Part shown: in pieces, positions 32,631 through 40,000 of the stretch
Layout: every line of letters begins with the position of its first letter
Numbering within the stretch: position 1 is the stretch's first letter
Origin: an uncultured Candidatus Altimarinota bacterium
GTDB lineage: Bacteria; Patescibacteriota; Gracilibacteria; BD1-5; UBA2023
Length of the DNA stretch: 40,000 bases
Direction of reading: 5' to 3'
NCBI GenBank assembly: GCA_936941205.1
Contig: CAKZJF010000061.1
Coordinates: forward strand, 5,744 to 45,743
Made by a program: the position numbers and the translations under genes
Notes under the pieces: model-generated
Told to the model about the DNA's origin: nothing
Seen by the model: the letters and a program-made list of their open reading frames with translations, nothing else
The model's database searches: none

Positions 32631-32639
32631 TGTTACAAT
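32631..32639 (+). promoter_or_regulatory. candidate extended -10 (TGTTACAAT) only 8 nt before ATG 32648
   Basis: tgttacaat at 32631-32639 in the 105-bp divergent region between comM and the coupling-protein gene. It would give a leaderless or near-leaderless mRNA. Confidence 0.3.
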
Positions 32640-32647
32640 TTTTGCAT

Positions 32648-35600
32648 ATGAAAAAGTTTTTCTTTTCCAACATACGAACTTCCATTCTTCTTTGGATATT
32701 TTTTTCGGTTTCTTGATATCATAGGCTTGTTATGGCAATACGCCGTGAACCTATTGTTGCCAATGAAAAACCGAAAGTTTCTACCCCATCATCGGATGGG
32801 TGGGATACAGTAGTAGGATGGTGGAATACAGGTATTTCCTGGATTGCATATACCATTCTTGGGGTTATTATATTCTATATAATCGTCAAGGTACTTCGTA
32901 TTGTCTATGAAATATCTACCACCAAAAACCTCGTATATCTCCAAGTCACTTTACCAAGAGCTGACTCAAAACTCGATAAAGAAAAAGAGACAAAGAAGGA
33001 TTTTAAAGAAAAAGTTGGTATCATGAGTGTATTTTACAAAAGTATACACAAGATGACTGAAACAAGTTTTGTGGAAACTTTCATGAACTTTATCTTTCGG
33101 CACGCGAAAATTTCACTTGAATTTTTTTATAATGAATGACTCGTGAGCTTTTATTGTGTAGCTTATAAACAACATACCTCTCTTATTATTCAGCAAATTA
33201 CTTCAAATTATCCAGATGCGGAAGTAAGAGAAGTAAAAGAAGCAGATCTCCCGAACATTAAACCCGATGGATATACACTCCGTATTTCATCAGTTAATAA
33301 AGATCATGATGATGTATACCCTATTAAAACTTACAAATATTTTGAAGATGATCCACTTTCAACTTTTACCAATAATTTTTGATCACTCGGAAAAGAAGAT
33401 AAAGCAGTGGTACAATTTGTCATGAAACCACTCGGTTCAGCATGGAATAAAAAAGCAAAAGAAGCTGCGAGTGCCGTGGCAAAATGAGAATATAAAAAAT
33501 GAATGAAGCTTGGGGTAATTGGAACTCTATTTAGTTGAATTGTTGCACCATTCTCATGGTTTGCATATCGATTTATTAAAAATGAAGCCGATCCATCTTC
33601 AGGAAGTAATGCTCCTGGAGCAAGTGGTGGAGATGCTTATAAAATATTTAATCAAGCGGAACAAGAAGCTCATAAAATGGTCGGTGAAAGTGCCGGACAG
33701 CCTGGATTTGAATGTTCTATCCGTATTCTTGTTTCTTCTCAAACCAGAGAAAGTGCGAGTAACGGTGTTAAAAATCTTATTGCAGCTACTTCAATATTTA
33801 CAGATGAATATAATAATAAGCTTGATAATAGTCAGTGGTGGGACGATATATTTCGGTTTATATCAGCTCCAATAGGATATTTTGAATACCATAATTGTCT
33901 TTCAAATATCATATGGTGACAAAGTAGATTCTCATGTGATGAACTCTCTACGATGTATCATTTTCCAGATATTAATTATAATAAATCTCCGGTTATTAAG
34001 TGGCTTGACTATAAAATGCTTCCAACTCCCTCAAATTTGAAATTTCCAAAAGATCCAACTCTTTTGAGTGATTATAAACGAGATAAGGATGGAAATATCC
34101 TATCAAATGATGGTTCACATCTAAAAGTGGATAAAAATAAGAATCTATTTCGAGATAGCGAGAAACAACTTGAAATGATTGATGGAACAAAAATTCCTGT
34201 CTATGCAGATGGTGATAATAAAGGAAAACCGATTGATGAATGAAAAACTCCAATTCAAGAAACACAACACAGAAAACTCGCTGGATTTCCACTCTATAAA
34301 GATGCTGTACTTATGGGATGGAATGTATATAGAAATATGCAGACTCCAATTTATTTTTCCCGAAAAGATCGTGGTCGTCATCATTATATTATAGGAAAAT
34401 CCGGGTGAGGAAAGTCAGTATTTATCAGTTATATTGCTCGACAAGATCTCTGGAATGGTGACGGACTCTGTGTGATTGATCCCCATGGTGATCTGGTAGA
34501 TGATGTAGTTGCGTTTACTCCGAAAGAACGCGCAAAAGATATGATTATTTTTGATCCTGCAGATTGGGAAAGGCCAATGGGGTTAAATATGCTTGATATT
34601 ATTGCAACTGATCCAAATCTAAAATCGATCGAAAAAGATAGAGCTGCACTGGATGCAACATCGATTTTCATCAAAATGTACGGAGATGAAATCTTTGGAC
34701 CCCGTATTCAGCATTATTTCAGAAATGGTTGTCTTAGTCTCATGGATGATGAGGAGGAGGGAGGAACCCTTATTGATGTTCCACGCCTTTTTACTGATGA
34801 GGCCTTCATGAAATATAAAACATCAAAGATTAAGAATGTCATGGTGAAGGCATTTTGGGAACATGAATATGCACAAACTGGGGATCGTGAGAAACAGGAA
34901 ATGATTCCATTCTTCTCTGCAAAATTCGGTCCATTCATTACAAATACGACGATGCGAAACATCATCGGTCAAACCAAAAGTGCTTTCAATCTTCGAAAAG
35001 TTATGGATGATCAAAAGGTTCTCATGGTGAAGCTTTCTAAGGGTATGATCGGTGATCTGAATGCTCAACTCCTTGGTCTTATTATGGTCTCAAAAATCAA
35101 TATGGCTGCTATGTCTCGTGCAGATACTCCAGAAGATCAAAGAAAAGACTTCTTCCTTTATGTGGATGAATTTCAAAATTTTGCAACTGATACATTCGGA
35201 GAAATCTTGTCAGAAGCACGTAAATACCACTTAGCACTTATTATGGCCCACCAGTTTATTGCGCAGATTGGAGGGAGTGGTGCAAAAAAATGAGATAAGC
35301 CATCTATCAAAGATGCTGTATTTGGAAATGCAGGTACTATCATGTCGTTTAAGGTAGGTGCAGAGGATGCAGAATATCTCGAAAAGGAATATGCCCCACT
35401 TCTATCACAGCAAGACATTATTGGTATTGCAAATTTTACAGCATATTGCAAACTCAATATAGATAATGCAACGACTCGTCCATTTGATATGAAAACTATC
35501 TGGGATAATACCTATAAAAATCCAGAAGTTTCAAAAATTATTACTGAATATTCTCGAAAGATGTATGGTCGAAAAAAAGAATATGTTGATATGGAAATTG

Positions 35601-35653
35601 AGGCACGTATGGGTATCCTTTCAGAGGAAGATAAAACTCAAGAAAACCAATAA
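32648..35653 (+). CDS. type IV secretion coupling-protein-like ATPase (VirD4/TraG/TraD family) with a ~560-aa N-terminal membrane-anchored extension
   Basis: 1001 aa. Six track pieces (32732-33139, 33143-33382, 33677-33919, 33953-34243, 34472-35293, 35342-35653) share one frame. Walker A IIGKSG-TGA-GKSVF, then CVIDPHGDL, Walker B FFLYVDEFQNF, ARKYHLALIMAHQ. Two TM helices in the N-terminal part. Alternative starts at 32603 or 32732. Confidence 0.85.
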
Positions 35654-35757
35654 AATACATCTTGTAAAGGGGAAAGTATTATAAATATAGATTGATATTT
35701 GTATTCTCTCTTAGTATGGAGTACAATAGTTATAAGAATTACTATTTATATATTCTT

Positions 35758-36975
35758 ATGAAGACTTTCTTTCGTTTTATTGGAAAACTGACTCTAATCG
35801 GATTCATTCTGATTGATGGAATTATTATTGGTAATGCATTGTGAGTATTTGCTACCATGGGAATTCACCTTGATTCTATCAGTGAGATGATTACTCATTA
35901 TGGTTTTCTTATTGGAATCCTTATATATGGGCAAATCATTTTTTGATTTGGACTCATCCAGACTATCTATATCAACCCAATACGGCAACTTCGTAAAGAG
36001 ATTGCGCTCTTTCTTACGGGAGCAAAAGATGAAAGCAATCTATCGATAACAGGGCTCAATGAAGATGCAAATTTTATTACCAATTTCTTCAATAAAAGTC
36101 TTCAAATTCTTCGAAATTTTAAAGATGAAATGAAGGCAGGACGAGTACTTCGTTCTGAAGTAGAACTTGCTGCTGAAATACAACGAGCAGTGCTTGATAA
36201 GGAACATCCACCTATTCCATCACTTGAGTTTGCTGCAAATGCAAAAAGTGCTACGGAAGTAGGAGGAGATAGTTTTGATTTTATTGAACGCTGAGAAAAT
36301 CATTATATCTATCTTGGTGATGTAACTGGACATGGTGTCGCTTCTGGTTTTGTAATGATGATGGTAAATGCACTCATATCAGGATTTTCTCTGAAAGAAA
36401 TTAATAGTGCTACAATTCTTGCAAATACCAATACGATTCTTAAGCCCCGTGTAAAACAAAATATGATGATGACCTGTCTCATGCTTCGATGGAATGAGAC
36501 AGAAAAAAAACTCTATATGGCAGGAGCATGACATGAATATCTTATTGTTTATAAAGCAAATGGTGAAATCTTAAAAATCAAGTCTGGATGAGTTGCTTTA
36601 TGAATGATTAAAGATATTACAAAATCACTCCAAGAACAACAAATACAACTTGATCCTGATGATATTATCGTTATGTATACGGATGGGATTAGTGAAGCAA
36701 GACTCAATTCAAAACAAGATGGAATTCTCTTTGGAATCGATCGAATTATTGATTCTATCGAAAAAACAGAAGTACGTACAGCACAAAATGTATTTAATAA
36801 TATCACGATTGAGCTTTCACGATTTATGGGATATAATCATATCCAATTTGATGATATCACCCTTATAGTACTTCGATACAAAAGGCCGGATGAGGATCCA
36901 AAAGTGAGTGAACCACTCCATCCTGAAAACATTACCGAATGGTCATGGAATACAAGTACTGTCATTTCACGATAA
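35758..36975 (+). CDS. membrane-anchored PP2C-family (SpoIIE/RsbU-like) serine/threonine phosphatase
   Basis: 405 aa. Two or three N-terminal TM helices and a HAMP-like linker. PPM motifs AAEIQ..., EVGGDSFDF, YLGDVTGHGVASGFVM, MYTDGISEA, DDITLIVL. Track ORF 36604-36975 is in the same frame. Confidence 0.85.
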
Positions 36976-36991
36976 GAATCCTTTTTAATTT

Positions 36992-38956
36992 ATGCCTTCA
37001 ATACCTACTATACAAGAACTCGTTGCTCAGAATTATTCATGAGATGCGAGTGGATTCGAAACAAATATATCTCTTCCAAAAGAAAAAATTGAGAAGGATA
37101 TTTCAGAGGGATCAGTTAATCAAGGGAACAGAGAAACGCCTCCACAAATTGAGAAAATTCTACCAGAGATGAATATTCCAAAACTTGGAGAAACGGATGA
37201 TAAAAAAATGACAAAAGAAGAAGCTGAAGAATACAAACAAGCTGAGAGAGAATATAAAGAGGCTCTTGCATTTGTAAAAGATATGATTGCACCAGCCATG
37301 ATTCGTATTGATTCAACGAAGCTTCAAATTGGTGATACCTTTGTTCGAAGTGTTTTTGTCTATGCATATCCTGATATTTTGGAAGGTAACTGGCTCTCTC
37401 CTCTTATTAACTGGGATGTAAAATTTGATATGTCTTTTTTTATCTATCCAGTTGATTCAGGAAGAGTGATGAAGTACTTACGAAAAAGACTTACACAACT
37501 CCGTGCACAATATTCAATCAATCAAGAAAAAGGACTTATTGCTGATCCTCATCTTGAAGCACAGCTTCAAGATGTAGAAGAACTTCAGCAAAGTCTTACA
37601 CGCTGACAGGAACGGTATTTTCATCTCTCTATCTATATTACTATATATGCAGAAACAGAAGATGAAATGAAGAAACTTTCGAATGCCATGGAAGTAATGC
37701 TTTCATGACGAAATGTACTTACGAAACAAACATTTCTTCGTTCAGAACAAGGATTTTTGGCAACTGGTCCATTTGCAAGAGATGAAGTAGGAGTATATAG
37801 AAACATATCAACTCGAGGACTTTCAACCACTTTTCCATTCAGTTCAAATTCCCTTTCTCAGGATGATGGAATTCTCTATGGAATTAATACCCACAATAAT
37901 TCACTTATCATATTTGATCGATTTCGAACAGAAAATGCAAATATGTGTGTATTTGCGAAATCAGGATGAGGAAAGTCTTTCTGAGTAAAACTTGAAATTC
38001 TCCGTTCGCTTATGGTTTGAACTGATGTTATTGTACTTGATCCTGAAAATGAGTATAAATCATTGGTAGATACTGTCTGAGGAACCTATCTCAATATAAA
38101 TCTCAATTCCAAAGAACGACTCAATCCATTTGATCTTCCAAGAGCACTCAAAGATACGAAAGTTCAACCCGGAGATCTCCTTCGATGAGCAATCGTAAAT
38201 ATGATAGGTCTTATGAATCTTATGCTTGGAAAACTCACTCCATCAGAAGAGGCTATCCTTGAAAAGGCACTTATCACAACCTATTCCCTCAAAGGGATCA
38301 CTATGACTGATGATAGTATCGATGGGAAAGAGGTTCCTCTTTTGAAAGATCTCTATTCAGTACTTGAAACCATGGAATGAGGAAAAACCCTTACAGAACG
38401 TATGGATAAATACGTGTATGGTGTTTTCTCTGGTATATTTTCAGAACCAACGAATGTAGATATGAAAGATGGTCTCGTCGTATTCTCAGTACGTGATCTC
38501 GATGAGATCCTTCGACCAATTGCCATGTATATCATTCTCAACTATGTATGGACCACCGCTCGTTCGAGTGAAAAAAGAAGAATGCTGGTAGTAGATGAGG
38601 CCTGGAATATTATGCAATATGAAGATAGTGCAAAATTTCTATTTGGATTGGTAAAACGTGCTCGTAAATATGGACTTGGAGTAACTACCATAACGCAAGA
38701 TGTGGAAGATTTCATGACCAATCAATATGGAAAGGCTATTGTAACCAACTCTTCCATACAACTTCTTCTCAAACAATCACCCGCCTCTATAGATGTACTA
38801 CAGAATATATTTAAGCTTACGGAGCAAGAGAAATATATCCTCCTCAATGCCTCTGTTGGTACTGGACTGTTTTTTGCAGGGACAGAACATGTTGGTATTC
38901 AAATACTTGCAAGTTACTTTGAAGAAAAAATTATTACCACAAAACCAAATGTTTAA
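36992..38956 (+). CDS. VirB4/TraC/TrbE-like type IV secretion ATPase
   Basis: 654 aa with 9 in-frame TGA. Track pieces 37169-37606, 37757-37969 and 38402-38956 share a frame. ...IQIGDTFVRSVFVYAYP..., Walker A VFAKSG-TGA-GKSF, DPENEY, Walker B MLVVDEAW, RKYGLGVTTITQ. Starts 16 nt after the phosphatase stop. Confidence 0.85.
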
Positions 38957-38958
38957 AA

Positions 38959-38980
38959 AAATCCCGATGATTCGGGATTT
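38959..38980. terminator. bidirectional terminator between the virB4-like gene and ddl
   Basis: 9-bp stem aaatcccga / tcgggattt with a 4-nt loop and A/T tracts on both sides. Confidence 0.8.
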
Positions 38981-38987
38981 TTTATTA

Positions 38988-39953
38988 TTAAAACCATAGA
39001 CTTCGATATCGCTCTTTTCATACACACATCAACTCTTCAAGTAAATTCAAGAAAGTCATCCCAGCACAAGACGCTGATTGAGGATAGAGACTTTTATTAG
39101 TAAATCATGGGATTGTGTTTAATTCAAGAAAAATAGGCTCATTGTTCACTACAATAATATCTGTTCGACTATATCATTGTGCTCAAAGGGTTTTATGAGC
39201 CAATAAAGCAAGTGCTTCGATTTTATTACGTAACTCTCTATCGATATCAACCGGACAAACTTCTTTTGTCATACCATTGTACTTATTTTCAAAATCAAAA
39301 TATCACCCATCTGGAGGGATAATTTCGATCACTGGCAATGCTTGTACTTCTCCATTATTTGAACGTTCCAAAACAGAAGCGGTAAATTCTCTTCATTCTA
39401 AGTATTCTTCATACATAACCGGTCATTGAATATACTCCAATTCTTGTTTATATCCCTCAAAATCCTCTAAATTACGCATAATATAAACCCCTATTGTACT
39501 TCATTCTTTTGGTTTTTTAATAACACAAGGGAATCATCCATTTTGTTCAATCATTTCAAGGATTTCCAATCAAGAATGTTTATAGAAATGAAGTGTTTGA
39601 TACCGTGCCGTATTTCATCCCGCCTGAGCAATGATTGCTTTTGCCCATATTTTATTGAGGGAAACTGCATGAGATTCTGATGGAGATCATTGAAAGGGTA
39701 ATTTAAGAAGTTCCAAAAGTGCTGGAATCTTTCCATCTTCTCATAACTTTCCATGAATTAAAACAAATGCAAAATGAAATTCTTTATACCTCTGGATAAA
39801 GCGGGTGAGATCAACTGGAATATCAAAAGTAGTTACCATATATCCTGCACCAAGAAGAACGTGCTCAACCTCTCATGCAGATCGAAGTGAAATTTCCCGT
39901 TCTGATCAAGTTCATCCGGTAAGGATGGCAATATTTTGAATTCCTGGAATCAT
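38988..39953 (-). CDS. ddl: D-alanine--D-alanine ligase
   Basis: 321 aa with 16 in-frame TGA, so almost invisible in the standard track. ILTG-G-T-G-SEREISLRSA, LIHGKL-G-EDGKIPALLE, ...PCVIKKPKE-G-STIGV..., LELNTIP-G-FT..SLYP. Confidence 0.9.
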
Positions 39954-40000
39954 ACAAAATAATTAAGAATTAGATGGTTCTTTTTTTCATTGAAGGTAAC

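Noticed and set aside
1-40000. CRISPR arrays, rRNA genes, transposases and insertion sequences.
   Set aside because: No regularly spaced repeats of 25-40 bp are present. The only tandem repeats are the short ones listed above. No rRNA-like conserved blocks and no transposase or integrase motifs were seen in any table-25 translation.
39970-40000. A possible 3' end of another minus-strand gene at the right edge (...LPSMKKRTI, TAA at 39970-39972).
   Set aside because: Only about 10 codons are visible, which is not enough to support a call.

Overview
AT-rich segment (about 33-36% GC by hand-sampling) that only makes sense under translation table 25, where UGA encodes Gly. This points to a Gracilibacteria/Absconditabacteria-type CPR bacterium. 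The supplied standard-code ORF track breaks obvious genes into same-frame pieces separated only by TGA. Reading TGA as Gly gives about three dozen tightly packed CDSs that all end in TAA or TAG. The decoding tRNA, anticodon UCA with glycine acceptor-stem identity elements, is itself encoded at 26248-26326.

Gene content, left to right:
- YraN nuclease and a 1306-aa orphan protein
- a repeat-bearing lipoprotein and a YegQ/TrhP-like U32 protein
- an RnfD-like membrane protein and a DUF4256 protein
- tRNA-Arg(GCG) and an ABC-F ATPase
- a co-directional run: ECF sigma, membrane protein, DUF2202, DUF2892 fusion, lipoprotein, long HlyD adaptor, MacB-type ATPase, FtsX permease
- glutamate dehydrogenase and a PatA-like aminotransferase
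- GIY-YIG, Tex, DedA
- tRNA-Gly(UCA) divergent from a bacterial Elp3
- TrxB, a bPH membrane protein, TsaB, ComM
- a divergently transcribed module: VirD4/TraG-like coupling ATPase (1001 aa), membrane PP2C phosphatase, VirB4-like ATPase
- Ddl

The most interesting signals are:
1. The recoding machinery and its neighbourhood: tRNA(UCA) beside Elp3, with TrhP and TsaB also in the window.
2. Two compositionally foreign ORFs, a GH73 glucosaminidase and a small membrane protein. Both are GC-rich, have a perfect AGGAG Shine-Dalgarno, contain no internal TGA, and appear to stop at TGA directly in front of a terminator, inside a genome that reads TGA as Gly.
3. The orphan type-IV-secretion-like ATPase pair with an embedded phosphatase, next to comM.

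No rRNA, CRISPR array, transposase or integrase was seen. All family calls rest on motif recognition by eye; no searches were run.
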